This document shows, piece by piece, positions 1 to 11,895 of a stretch of DNA of 64,000 nt. Under the pieces are notes generated by a model. That model searched no databases. It worked only from the letters and a program-made list of their open reading frames with translations, and had not been told where the DNA came from. Both the position numbers and the translations under genes were made by a program. Position 1 is the first letter of the stretch, and each line of letters opens with the position of its first letter. Source of the DNA: Tubulanus polymorphus (Eukaryota; Animalia; Nemertea); the NCBI RefSeq assembly GCF_964204645.1, contig NC_134033.1:5046231-5110230 (forward strand), written 5' to 3'.

Positions 1-324
1 TGCAACCGGCCCCTGATATACCACCATGCCCCCTATACCACCAAAATCGCCCTGCACCGATGTGGGCGGTATATCGGGATTAACTATTAGATATCTATGT
101 CTATTTGAATATATTCTCTATATCAATAGGAATATAAATTTGATTATAACACTAAAAACCGGGAAAGACTACGTCTATTATGATAAAGCTATATTTAACG
201 ACAATGACTAAACGACTACACTGTATCAATTTGTTTCGAAGCTCTGTATCGGAACGACATTACTGACGTCACGTCGCAGTCGACCTGAACCCACCTACTG
301 TATCTGATTCTCGATTATCTTCGC

Positions 325-3300
325 TTATTCGCTCGCTGTTTTGGAGGCTTTGGAGGTTTGACCCAATTTGAATTCCGCTCGACACATATCGAACACTCGT
401 TTGTTGACGATAAAAGCCAAGAAAACCAGACAACCTTGAGACGAGTTCAACAAATTGAAGAAATACCAGAGATAATCGTTATTTACGAACGACGCTACGA
501 ACCCGACCACCCACGTGACCACAGTCACTAAAGCCATCCGGTAGAAAATGAATGTGGTCGTTCTCATCTGTTTGGCGTTAGATGAAGAAGTGGCCATCGC
601 GGAAAATGACCGGTGAATGCAGTAAACTGTAGCTACGAATAGAATTATACTGACCAGATCGATAATACCGATCGGTAGAACGAACGCCATCAATAGGGAG
701 AAACTGGAACTAAACCAACAAGTAACGGGGCTACCGTAAACCGCACCGGAGTACTGAGTGGTATCGGTGTTGTGTAGGACGATACAGGGTCCGACAATGA
801 GGAATGGAGAAAACCAAACTGATAGTAGATAGTACAGTAACGTCTTAGGAGAATCGACCAGTTTACGAACAGCAGAAAATGTTGTGAACATGTGAACAGA
901 AACAGCGGCCATAGACGCGAAAACAACCATCCAAATATAGTGTTTAACAGCGGCCATCGACACGCATAGTAATCGATTATCAACGCCGACCAGGCTGGAA
1001 ATATGAAGAGTTTGAGCCACTGCGAGAGTTATACAGAGATTGACGATGAGTTTACCGGGAAGAGTTCGCAGATCGGGAATATTCAAATAGGTTACCACCG
1101 TTATCACGAGACTGACGACGGATAGACAGCTACAGGTGAAGGTTATCAGAAAATCTCGATCGGAAAATAACGAACTGACCGTTATTTTGAATTTTGAATT
1201 GTTTTGTTGTCTGCAAACCATGGCTCCTGTACTAGAATACACTCGCACGCAGTCGATGATTTTAGTGGAACATTTACTCGATTTTACTATTTTCGTTTTT
1301 CCGTCGTCGCTGGTGATTTGAAAAATTCTGTAATATTTGAAAGACTGGTTGGACTGGGCTAGAAACGAGTTACTTCCGGTTTGGGCCATATTATTTTCTA
1401 CGTCTGCCTCTGTATCGATGACGTCACAGCGAGTATTCTTAGTCAAACTCGTAGTCGACAACTCGTAACCGGAAATGGTCACCAGACTGCCATCATTACC
1501 GAATTGACACGTGATCATCGCCTCATATTTGCTCAAGATTGATTCCATAGTGACGTCACCGAGAAACTCTTCGTGATTGGTAAGCGTGAAGTCGCGTCTG
1601 TACAATGACGATTCATTGCTTAAAGATGATAAACTTCCTATTTCTGTAATCTTTGATTTATGGACATCGCCGCAGACTTTCACTTTGAAATACATCAATT
1701 CATACCCGAAGTTTTTCATAACAAATCGCTGAGTTTCGTTAAACGTAATAAAGAAAGAGAAATACACGCGTACGGATATTCTAGGCCATTCGTTCTCAAC
1801 AAGCCGACAGACGGCGTTGTCTTCGACGGTACCCAGGAGCCGGTATCCACGTATACAGTCGTATCCGCGACATCTACGCGTCTCCTGGTCAAATATTTCG
1901 TTTGTTTCCGAGCAGAGAAAGTCTTTCGGCGCCCACGAGATGACGGGCATTCCCGCAGTTCGAAATTCTACGCCGTTCGCGAGACTGAAATCGAGTAAGA
2001 TATTCAAACCGAATGTTTTTTGGCCGGTTAGATCATAATTACAAACTAAGGTCGATTCGTTTAAAACACTGTCACTCAGTTCACATTTCATACAGTAATA
2101 ATTACGGTATGTTTTCACCCGTCCACCGACTACAGCTGATATCGGGTTAAACACCCGTCTGCATTTAGACCTTAAGTCTTGATCTGCTGACTCGTTGCAG
2201 TGTGACGTCACGGGTAGGTTACTGCGCATGCACGGTTGTAAAACCATGCGAACTTTCCTGTGATGCGCGTAAGATAAACGACAATCTTCGGGCAGCCGAA
2301 CCTTCGCGGTATCGTCGCTTAAAGACGCGTTGTGCACGCTCGTGATGACGTCATCGATTCGTGTTGTGTTAGTGCACTGCAGGACGAGACTAGCCGGTTC
2401 GTATCGAGTGTCGTTGAACCCGTGACACATCGCGCAATACATATTCTTAAAGGGAAGCCAGTCGTCGCTGTAGACGGGAATCGTCGTAGCTAGATTACTG
2501 GACGGCGATTCGCAATAGCGACGCACGTCTGAATTCAAGTCGAAATCACTCGGGCATCGACCGATCGCTATAAAACCTTTTGACTGATACGTCTCGATTC
2601 CGATTCCGTATATACAGTCGGTCCATTGAATTTGTTGTATCGTTTTTTTCGTCTCAATTCGTCCGCGTCGCTTCTTATGACGCACTTTCCAATCAGGTCA
2701 CAACAGTTGTTGAACAGTCCACAAGTACATAAATTAGCCAAACAACCCGTGACTGGACAAACTCGAACTAAATCACCATCTTCATCTATTTGCTCTGATG
2801 CCACCTTGTAATCTCCGATCAGTTGGCTGTTTTTGTTGTCGCCTCTTTCGGGAATTTTTCGACCAGGAATCCCACGTGCGTTACCCGTTATCCCAGTTCC
2901 GGGAATCTGTCTACTCGGCATTCCAGATTCTGGAAATCGTTGGGCCGCGATGAAATAATCTGAAATAATCATGCGGCTTTTAGTTTTGTTTTTTTGATAA
3001 AACACTTAATACGCAGACCCCCGTTTTCTCCCTGCCCCTCGCCACTTGAGCCGCGACCACACGAGCGTTTTTCTTTCGAAAAAATCTTGAACGAATTTGC
3101 CAAATCTTACTTAACCCTGGGATACCCAAACATACTTCTGACAGTAGGGCATACCCCATATTTATTTTTTTTCAGTTCATTTGGGTCTCCTATGACCAAT
3201 CAATATCAATATTGGGTATATTTTCACATCAACATGCTTTTTGCGAGGGGTCACATATGACCCCCAACTGCTTCATTATTAGTTAAGAGTACCTAAATAT

Positions 3301-6263
3301 TTTCAGAGAAACTTCATAATATGAAAAAGTGCATCCTTTAATGCCCAGTGTTCCATATATGACCCCAATTCGTTGATTGAAAACGTACAAGCTACGTTTT
3401 GGCTATGGGTCATATATGACCCCTTGGGGAAGGGTGGTAAATTTAATTTATGGAGCGCCACCTGGTGAATTTTCTACTTACTGACAAGGCTCATATATGT
3501 TATTGGGATTTTTAGGTAGCACACGTGATTTATAAACAGTTGTCAAAGTTAAAGGTTATCGCAGAGGATGGGAATTTGATTAGCTGGAATTGAGTATTCA
3601 ATTCAATTTTGCGCAATTGCAAGGGTGTTATGTTTTTCCACTTAACTGAGGATGATATTACATCTCACATAATTGAACAACGACAAATTACGACAATTCA
3701 AAGTTATCACATGAGGTGTGGCCTATTGCACTTTGATATACAACTATGTGTTAGATAATTCATGAAATAATAATGCACTAAATTGAAAGGTTCAATTAAA
3801 ACCAAGACCTTTCGGAACGCCCTGATCTCCGAGAGAAAATGCACAGATTCCCAGGTCATTCTTGTCTCCAATTAGTATTTAGAAACGCCTTTGATACAAA
3901 ATCCTTTACTTTTCAATTTTTTCCTATATTCCTTCAGTAGAATAAACACACTCAAACGCGCTGAACGAATAATAAGAACCCACTATCTACACGATACATT
4001 TTTTTTTAAATCGGGAATTTATCTAATCAAATATTAAAACAACGCGACCTCGAACTCACCCTAGAGATCATCGCCAGGCGTTCAAACTCCTGGATGATGA
4101 TCCCAAAGGTGAGATCGAAATGTCGCGTACTTTTGATTATTTGGCTGAATAAATTTACGATTTTAACTCTTTCGAACATGTAACATAGTGTATACATGCT
4201 AAAGGCCTGAGTATATCGTTTCTTTTGATTTTTTGATTAAGTAAACACTTTCAATCTGTACATCGTGGGATTTCATCTCGTGATTCCTCCCACTTGTTTT
4301 AGAAAAACCCTTAACCCATTGGTCAAAAGACCAAAGAGCATATAGTTAGAAACAATCAGACATTTGAATAGCATTTCTACCCGTTCAAACATGTCGATAC
4401 AATATCGTAATTTCTAAGTGAAAAACGTTTTTTTTAAGAATAATTAAAATCTGACTAAACAGATCCGCTCGAAAATTTAGAACCGAATCAGTCTTTTGGT
4501 TCGTCTAAAATGGTCAGTAATCTAAAATACTCAACAAATTCAGGAAAGATCTGGATCAGTTTCGTATGGTGGCTGATTCGAGCTATTCTAAAAAAAAATT
4601 CGACCGATGAAACGATTAAACAATTTTCATATTCGTTTTTTTTTATTTAACGCGTGGGAATTCAAAAAGTTTGGTTTGTCTCGCGCGATTGAACGAAAAA
4701 TATTGAATTCTCGCGCGGGAAAACCGCCAGTGTGAAAATTTTTTGACGCCTTATAAAACGTTACCATTATGAAACCTAAACAATGTTAACCATTCAGCGT
4801 CATTTTACAAACGACAGCCGTAAATCGATGTGCAAAACGTCACAGGTCTATGTGTACACAAACAAGCTATCTGGCAAAATATTATTGACATTGATGTAGA
4901 ATGGCTTCCTGTGATTATATAATGACCTATATTTGAACGTCGAAATGTTATATTGCATTGAATATCATAAGAAGACGTATTGTAATAGTGAAGGATGTAT
5001 GATTATATCAGAAGCGGCAGGCATAAATAGAAATGATAAGTAAATCGGATTATTCGGTTAAATGGCGGATGTATACACGATTTGGAAGTCTGATATAAAA
5101 GTCAGACCCTGACGTGGGCATGCCGGTGGAATGACGAAGCTATCTACGATGTGTGTAGGGCCGGTGTGAATTTCATCAGCGGCTACAAGCGGTCAATATG
5201 AAAATGTGTAAACATATAATTTCAATATTCAAACGTTTTAGAAAATATGTTTGATATTAGGAGTATGCAGGTTTCGTGAGATTAGCAATTTATAATAGCA
5301 TAGCTGTCATATACGGCTCCGCGTTCTCTGATGGCTTGTGAATTAGGTGACAATTGAATTCAATTCTTTATTGATCCTTATTACATTGAAATTCCGGGAT
5401 AAAATTCCCAAATTCAATAAATACAAATTTTAAAATAAATTAATACAACATACATGACACACGGGTAATTCATACAGAACAACATAAGCATGTTATTTTA
5501 AATGACAATGTCTACCTCAACCCACCCAGACTCAACTCTAGGATATCGAGTGACAGCCAAACCCGTGGCCCGGGCCGGCTGGCTAGGCCACACGATATGT
5601 TCGAAGTCATGATGAAGCAGACATCAGAAGAGCTCGTTCTTCAACCATGGAGGCTATGAAGTTGCAGACCAGCTTAGAGGTATAAGTAAATGAAGTCGGT
5701 CGCAAGTTCGCGATCAATTATTGAGAATTTTCATTAAAAAAAATTTAAACTACTACTAGAGTCGAAAACCTGTATCATCTACCCAATCGCCAAATCTCAT
5801 CATTTCCCAAATTTCTTAAAACTTCGATTTCAAATTTGCAATTCCACATTAGCTTAGCCCAGAAATTCTACATTTTTTTCGCAGGCGTCAAATAATTTTC
5901 TTAAATTAATTTTCTTGTTTATCGTTGCTCTAGCCGTACAGAAAATGTATTATTATGGCCCGAATCAGCCACCGTAGCTTTTGGTTGGTCTAAATACGTC
6001 AGTTTTGAAAAAGAATGGGCCGATTTAGAACGAGCCATTCGCAAGTTGTGCACCCTCGGTCCGTTCTAAATTCGAACGGACTAAATTTACACAGACTACA
6101 TTTTTACGGACTAAATTAAGTAACACAGTGTGAACATGGCTGATATATGCGAATCTCTAAATCGTAAACTTTCCCCGCAAGAAACTAACGAAATAGTTTT
6201 TGACCTACCGGTGCAGACGATCAAAAGAAGAAGAAATCGATCCACGAAGGATTGGCGCGACAT
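325..6263 (-). CDS. Secretin-class (adhesion/Methuselah-like) 7TM receptor with SMB-like and Cys-rich ectodomain, copy 1; two exons; 1-nt frameshift in exon 2
   Basis: Exon 1 at 6263-6209 encodes MSRQSFVDRFLLLLIVCT+G and ends at a phase-1 donor (gtaggt). The acceptor tttcag precedes 2959, and exon 2 runs 2959-325 (DYFIAAQRFPESG...). The ectodomain has CPVTGCLANLCTCGLFNNCC and two K/RNxYCxxC motifs. The 7TM region has LRTLPGKLIVNLC, CWF and LLNSSQGCLVF. T7 at 2643-2649 corresponds to TTTTGTTT (8 nt) in copy 3, so the frame shifts; restoring 1 nt gives 896 aa. Confidence 0.88.
4008..4163. mobile_element. Degenerate palindromic MITE-like element in the intron of receptor copy 1
   Basis: Imperfect ~155-bp inverted repeat: aaatcg...cgcgac..tcgaactcacc..gatcatc..ccagg pairs with cctgg..gatgatc..ggtgagatcga..gtcgcg...cgattt. 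Confidence 0.55.
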
Positions 6264-6290
6264 CTCAAACACAACTCGATTGGCAACTCG

Positions 6291-6328
6291 TGAATGAGAT
6301 CGAGTAGAACGACTTTTGCCATCTTATA
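6291..6328 (-). promoter_or_regulatory. Putative TATA box plus Initiator of receptor copy 1
   Basis: On the minus strand, TATAAG at 6328-6323 lies about 33 nt upstream of TCATTCA (6297-6291), which is about 30 nt upstream of the ATG at 6263. The duplicate at 25413 reads TATAAAAG with similar spacing. Confidence 0.5.
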
Positions 6329-6414
6329 CGGTTAGATATCGTAACCTGTAATTATCTTTACCAGATATCACAGGCTGTTCGCGAGGCATAATAATAATAT
6401 CATTGATCATAATG

Positions 6415-6717
6415 ATAATGATTATATGTGTCTTATACAGCGCTAAAGCTGCTCAGAGCGTTTTAGATTTTACGGTATTAATACCCCAACCATTTTGATA
6501 CCCTAACATGTATCAGTCATCTCTCCCAGGAGAGACGTAACAGCCTAGCTAGCCGCTTAGGAGTCATCTATCAGACCCTGTACCTGTTTTCTCCTGGGTG
6601 GAGAGAGGCAATGAGGATAAGTGTCTTGCCCGAGGACACTACGGTAATGTACGGGGTTCGAACCCACGACCTGGCTTCCCTGAACAGCCGAACGCTAAAA
6701 CCGCTCCGCACAGAGGC
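6415..6717 (-). mobile_element. tRNA-derived CORE-like SINE
   Basis: On the minus strand: A-box-like head, B-box GGTTCGAACCC, a CORE-like centre (gtgtcctcgggcaagacactt...ctctccacccagg), an L2-like tail (aaacgctc...agcgctgtataa) and an ATT-rich end. A second copy lies at 25025-25325. Confidence 0.8.
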
Positions 6718-6838
6718 GTGGATACAGAAGTCCATCATATCGAGTGCCCATACTTTAACTTTCGAACACCATCGAGCTAGGGCTCTGGATCCGCCCCTGA
6801 TTGTAACTATAGGAGTTATGCTCCGTTGCCGGAGATCT

Positions 6839-7520
6839 CTATTTCGCAGCGCGACAAGCTGAAGCACAAACACCGCCACACATAACTAGAAACTGTCTCA
6901 GAATTTCGCGTCCGAAATAAATATACAGATAAAAATTCATGGAGTAATTCAGTGACTTTATTAGCGCGCTTAACTGATATGGGATATCTAGAGTCTGATT
7001 TACACCGGGTATTAGATAAATCAGGACCAGTATGACGCATAGTGGGATTGAAGTCACGATGAAGAACACTCAGACCGAAGCCACCATTATCGTGGCTTGA
7101 TTGGCGCTCGAGTTCGATTTACTGTTCTCGACTTTTTTCTTCATCTGATTTATACTATAGAAAAAACAAGCCGTGAAGAAAATAAGGCTTAAAGTCGGGT
7201 TGAAACCTTGTATCGTGACGATGAATAGATAGGTGACCGTCATTAGAGTGGGATCGCTGAGGTAACAACCGTGTATATCGTCGTAACTGTTAACGGTCAA
7301 TAGAAACAGACTTATACCGGCGCAGATGACGAACGTTAAAAACGCCGTTAATGAAGTCTTAGTCGGTGTCCAAAAACTGGGACCCGAAAACGGAAATCGG
7401 ATGATACAAAGACGCTCGACCCCGATCATAATCAGGAGACTGGGTGCGTAGCAACAGGTGGTGTTGTTGAAGAACTGTTGACCCGCGCAGAGCAACCAAG
7501 AGTTCAGGGGTATACAAATA
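6839..7520 (-). pseudogene. Rhodopsin-class (FMRFamide receptor/Srw-like) GPCR pseudogene, TM3-TM7 only
   Basis: ORFs 7070-7495 and 6839-7069 are in the same frame and separated by a TGA in TM6 (IMVASV*VFFIVTSIP). Motifs GVERL and NYSMNFYLY are present. No TM1-2 is recognisable upstream. Confidence 0.8.
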
Positions 7521-8138
7521 TAGCTTTGACCCTAGACCTAGTCTAGTGTTCAGTCATTGATTTTTATATACTCTACTTACGGGTTAAATTTAAAACAGTG
7601 TCTTAACCGTGTTCAAATTAAGCAAATCTTGCATTAAACCTCGTCGAAATATAGAAATGGCGCCAGGTATAGGTCTCTTTTTCCCTTTTGAAAAATGTTG
7701 TGTGAAAAAAAACAAGGAAAAATTCTGTTTTTGTATGGAAAATGAATATGTAGAATCCTTTCACTTTTGTGTGAAGAAATGTAAAAGTTTCAGAATCTTG
7801 CATCTCATCCCAGGTTTAGATAGAGTGCTATATGTAGTTAAACATTCTGTAGAATTCAAAAAGCCTCGGTGGTCTAGCGGGAAGACGCCGCGCTAGCAAA
7901 TAGCCGGTCCGGTTTCGAATCTTGCTCTATTTTCTCTTCTCCTTTCTCAACACTTTCCTACTTCGTGACTCATGGTTTGGCCTAGGTCTATAAAAAATTC
8001 TATGAAAATAAGTTTTTCTCGTGTTGACAAAAAATATCAGTGCTGTCTGTATCGGTTTTTTGCGAAAGTTCAATGTACCTTGAACTTGGCGCCCGGTTCG
8101 TGCGTCCCCTGTGGAAGGTGCTTGCCCGCGTATGTTTT

Positions 8139-9245
8139 TCAAGCGCGGCCGGGTTTACATTTCTGCGTCGTCAACTCAACGACAGCAAGTCTGAATTTAC
8201 TGTTAGACAAACAATAGACTAGAAAGTTCATACACGAATCGACCACGGTCAGACCGATGGCGATTTTCCGCTGAACCATCCGCGACTCGTACACGTTTAG
8301 ATCAGCTATAGGAGTGTCCGGTATGGCGAAACCCGCGCGCTGCATCCGTCCGATAAACAGCAGCGATTCACAACCGACGAATACTGCGACGAGAGCGAAC
8401 GACATTCTCAATGCGCGCAACTCCAACGTGTTGGAAGTTTGATTCTTTATCGCCGCCGAACGACTTTTCCCGATACCTGAAAATTTGTTCACGATCAAAG
8501 CGACGATCAAAACGACGTTGACGGCGAACAGCGCGATCATCGGAGCGATGATGTTGATTAGGGTGCCCTGCCAGCCTTCCAGACGAGCTTTCCAGTGACC
8601 GAAAATGCGATGGAAAAAAGGGAAAAACCTGCCTTGCCCGAGAGTAGGGGAATAGTGAATACATCGCTGCGGCACGAGTGCGCGGTCCAAAATAAACGAC
8701 GGAATGAAACACAAAAAACTGAACACGGTCAACAAGAATATAACACAATTGACGACTTTCCGCGTCCAGAACACTCGTGATTTCAACGGGAAAAGCGTAA
8801 TTACGAGTCGTTCCAAACTGATCAGAATAACACACCAGTTTCTGATCAGCTGGAAGATGTAAAACGGTCCTAAAGCGACCTGCGTGAATTCCCAGCCGAA
8901 AAACCAGTCGTCTATACGCAAAACGGTGTCGCCTAGATGTACGTAGAGGTGAATCGCGCGTAGAGGATACATGACGAACACGCTCGACGAGTAACATATG
9001 TCGAAAATCGCGAGAACTTTCAGTAGATAGTAGATATCCTTGTTCATCTTTTTCAAGACTAGAATCGTCGTGACGTTCAAAACGACGCCCGATATCGTGG
9101 CCGGTCCATAGAAAAAGATGTACAGATAAACGCTGATTTTATACTCTAAACGGATGGGCAGTTCAGCTCGGGCCTTATCGCAAACTCCGAGATAGACTCG
9201 TTTTGTGGTAATAGTCGACAGAACGGTGGTGTTTGAGTCAGCCAT
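8139..9245 (-). CDS. Intronless rhodopsin-class GPCR, FMRFamide receptor/Srw-like, 368 aa
   Basis: ATG at 9245 (MADSNTT, with an N-glycosylation sequon). Seven hydrophobic segments. Motifs GVVLN, LAIFD, SLERL, FVGCES and DSCMNFLVY..NSKFR. Confidence 0.92.
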   Translation of the reverse strand: MADSNTTVLSTITTKRVYLGVCDKARAELPIRLEYKISVYLYIFFYGPATISGVVLNVTTILVLKKMNKDIYYLLKVLAIFDICYSSSVFVMYPLRAIHLYVHLGDTVLRIDDWFFGWEFTQVALGPFYIFQLIRNWCVILISLERLVITLFPLKSRVFWTRKVVNCVIFLLTVFSFLCFIPSFILDRALVPQRCIHYSPTLGQGRFFPFFHRIFGHWKARLEGWQGTLINIIAPMIALFAVNVVLIVALIVNKFSGIGKSRSAAIKNQTSNTLELRALRMSFALVAVFVGCESLLFIGRMQRAGFAIPDTPIADLNVYESRMVQRKIAIGLTVVDSCMNFLVYCLSNSKFRLAVVELTTQKCKPGRA

Positions 9246-9870
9246 CGGTTGTCTAGCAGCTTCTCGCGCCCATTGCAACTTTACCCTCTGAAATATCACC
9301 CGCCTAAACTTGTCGACGTCAGTCAGTATACCCGCCTATTTTCAGTAGCAGGTAGAAATTTGTAAGACGACTGACTGCACGATGGTATATGTTGTCTAAC
9401 CCGGAGGTGCAAGTTGATCGCAGGCCTATTCTAAATTATACAGCCACCGCTTCTGAACTATATGGAATATGAAGCTTGTTATTTTCAAAACTATATATAT
9501 GCATATATTCTTGTTCATGTTTAGCAAGTTTCAACTCGGATATTGGCTTATATAACGTTGAGATGTTGAGACTCGATAAGGCTGTATGTATGGTAAATGT
9601 CTCTTGCAGGGGTTGCATCGTCAATGAAAAACGACATTTTCTTCATACGGTTTTTGCATTCTTGCTAAATCCTCTTGTTGCGTGTCTTTTTTCGCAAAGC
9701 CGAACACTTCAAAAAATAACCTACGTTACCAAATCTTGAGGAATAGACAAGTAGAAATGTTTGCAGTTTCAAAGCGGTAAACTACGCCAAAATCAGTACA
9801 GTTTGGACCAGGATTTGTTTTTACCCAATAAGACTGCTACCGAGTTAAATAGTGTATAGGATGAAACTAT

Positions 9871-9873
<3 letters not shown>

Positions 9874-9950
<77 letters not shown>
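9874..9950. repeat. (AT)n microsatellite
   Basis: Uninterrupted AT dinucleotide run of about 77 nt. Confidence 0.97.
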
Positions 9951-9954
<4 letters not shown>

Positions 9955-10069
9955 CAGAACCACTGAATTAACGGTTTACCAAGCAAGATAAACAATACTG
10001 ATTTAGGAGGAGTCTACAGTAATTGGGGTATGAAAGTGATTCAGACGCTTCCTCGAAATTTGAAATTTA

Positions 10070-11503
10070 CACCGATCGATAGAACGAACGCCATCAATAG
10101 GGAGAAACTGGAACTAAACCAACAAGTGTCGGGGCTTCCGTAAACCGCACCGGAGTAGTGAGTGGTATCGGTGTTGTGTAGGACGATACACGGTCCGACA
10201 ATGAGGAATGGAGAAAACCAAACTGATAGTAGATAGTACAGTAACGTCTTAGGAGAATCGATCAGTGTACGAATAGCAGAAAATGTAGTGAACATGTGAA
10301 CAGAAACAGCGGCCATAGAAGCGAAAACAACCATCCAAATATAGTGTTTAACAGCGGCCATCGACACGCATGGTAATCGATCATCAACGCCGACCAGGCT
10401 GGAAATATGAAGAGTTTGAGCCACGGCGAGAGTTATACAGAGATTGACGATGAGTTTACCGGGAAGAGTTCGCTGATCGGGTATATTCAAGTAGATTACG
10501 ACCGTTATCACGAGACTGACGACCGACAGACAGCTAAAGGTGAAGGTTATCAGAAAATCGCGATCGGAAAATAACGAACTGACCGTTATTTTGAATTTTG
10601 AATCGTTTTGTCGTCTGCAAACCATGGCTCCTTCACTAGAATACACTCGCATGCAGTCGGTGATTTTAGTGGAACATTTACTCGATTTTACTATTTATGT
10701 TTTTCCGTCGTCGCTGGTAATTTGAAAAATTCTGTAATATTTGAAAGACGGGTTGGACTGGGCTAGAAATGAGTTACTTCCGGTTTGGGTCATATTATTT
10801 TCTACGTCTGCCTCTGTATCGATGACGTCACAGCGAGTATTCTTAGTCAAACTCGTAGTCGACAACTCGTAACCGGAAATGGTCACAAGACTGCCATCTT
10901 CACCGAATTGACACGTGATCATCGCCTCATATTTGCTCAAGATTGATTCCATAGTGACGTCACCGAGAAACTCTTTGTGATTGGTAAGCGTGAAGTCGCG
11001 TCTGTACAATGACGATTCATAGCTTAAAGATGATAAACTTCCTATTTCTGTAATCTTTGATTTATCGACAACGCCGCAGACTTTCACTTTGAAATACATC
11101 AATTCATACCCAAAGTTTTTCATAACAAATCGCTGAGTTTCGTTAAACGTAATAAAGAAAGAGAAATACACGCGTACGGATATTCTAGGCCATTCGTTCT
11201 CAACAAGCCGACAGATGGCGTTGTCTTCGTCGGTACCCTGTAGTCGATCCCCGTAAACAGCCGTATCCGCGTCATCTACGCGTCTCCTGGTCGAATATTT
11301 CGTTTGTTTCCGAGCAGAGAAATTCTTTCGGCGCCCACGAGATGACGGGCATTCCCGCAGTTCGAAATTCTACGCCGCTCGCGAGACTGAAATCGAGTAA
11401 GATGTTCAAACCGAATGTTTTTTGGCCGGTTTGATCATAGTTACAAACTAAGGTCCATTCGTTTAAAGCGCTGTCACTCAGTTCACATTTGATACAGTAA
11501 TAG
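10070..11503 (-). pseudogene. Secretin-class receptor copy 2; pseudogene truncated at both ends
   Basis: Highly similar to copy 1 over about 667-2102. It has a 2-nt deletion near 11246 and an AAA>TAA nonsense codon at about 10695. Homology ends abruptly in TM5 (~10070) and in the ectodomain (~11503). Confidence 0.92.
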
Positions 11504-11895
11504 TAAAAAATCCTGATACTCCCCCCCCCCCAGGATTACATCAGGCTTTCCGTAGACGTCGGTGATACGTGGGGACGTAGGAATCCTAAGGTATCGAAAT
11601 CAAGATTTTGGGAGTCGAATATCTGGTCATGGTTATCATTCCTCATTCGCATGAAAAGTCGCTTTCCTGGGCCACATTTAACCACCAGAAATGCAAGTCA
11701 GGATTGAGTTGAGAGACATGAAAGTCTCGAATAGAAATCAAACGTGATTATAGATCACTCAGTTCAGTTTTTAGTGGGTTTCTTATACATTGAAAGAGTG
11801 TACACTGTATCCTGAACGATTATCATATGCCAAACTGCATTACATATCCTGAATCATCATCAGAGCAGTGTAGCCCGATCAGCACAAAACAAACG

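Noticed and set aside
690-2811. Short ORFs overlapping receptor copy 1, and their equivalents at 10540 and 34321-35223
   Set aside because: They are antisense or alternate-frame shadows of the receptor CDS, and recur only because the receptor is duplicated.
3111-3440. TTAA-CCC start and gggtcatatatgacccc motifs suggesting a piggyBac-type MITE
   Set aside because: No convincing matching right terminus with TTAA; too degenerate to call.
6571-6879. ORFs at 6571-6879 and 25004-25375 with similar translations
   Set aside because: They lie within the duplicated SINE cassette and show no protein features.
7070-7072. In-frame TGA here (and at 44462) as selenocysteine or readthrough
   Set aside because: No readthrough context or SECIS was seen, the gene lacks TM1-2, and the GRL101-like gene also has TAA stops and frameshifts. 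Ordinary decay explains both.
7863-7925. tRNA-like sequence with A-box and B-box words
   Set aside because: It does not fold into a full cloverleaf; probably a SINE head remnant.
8368-8997. 209-aa alternate-frame ORF inside the GPCR
   Set aside because: Arg-rich, with a non-ATG start and no domain features; a by-product of CG-rich codon usage.
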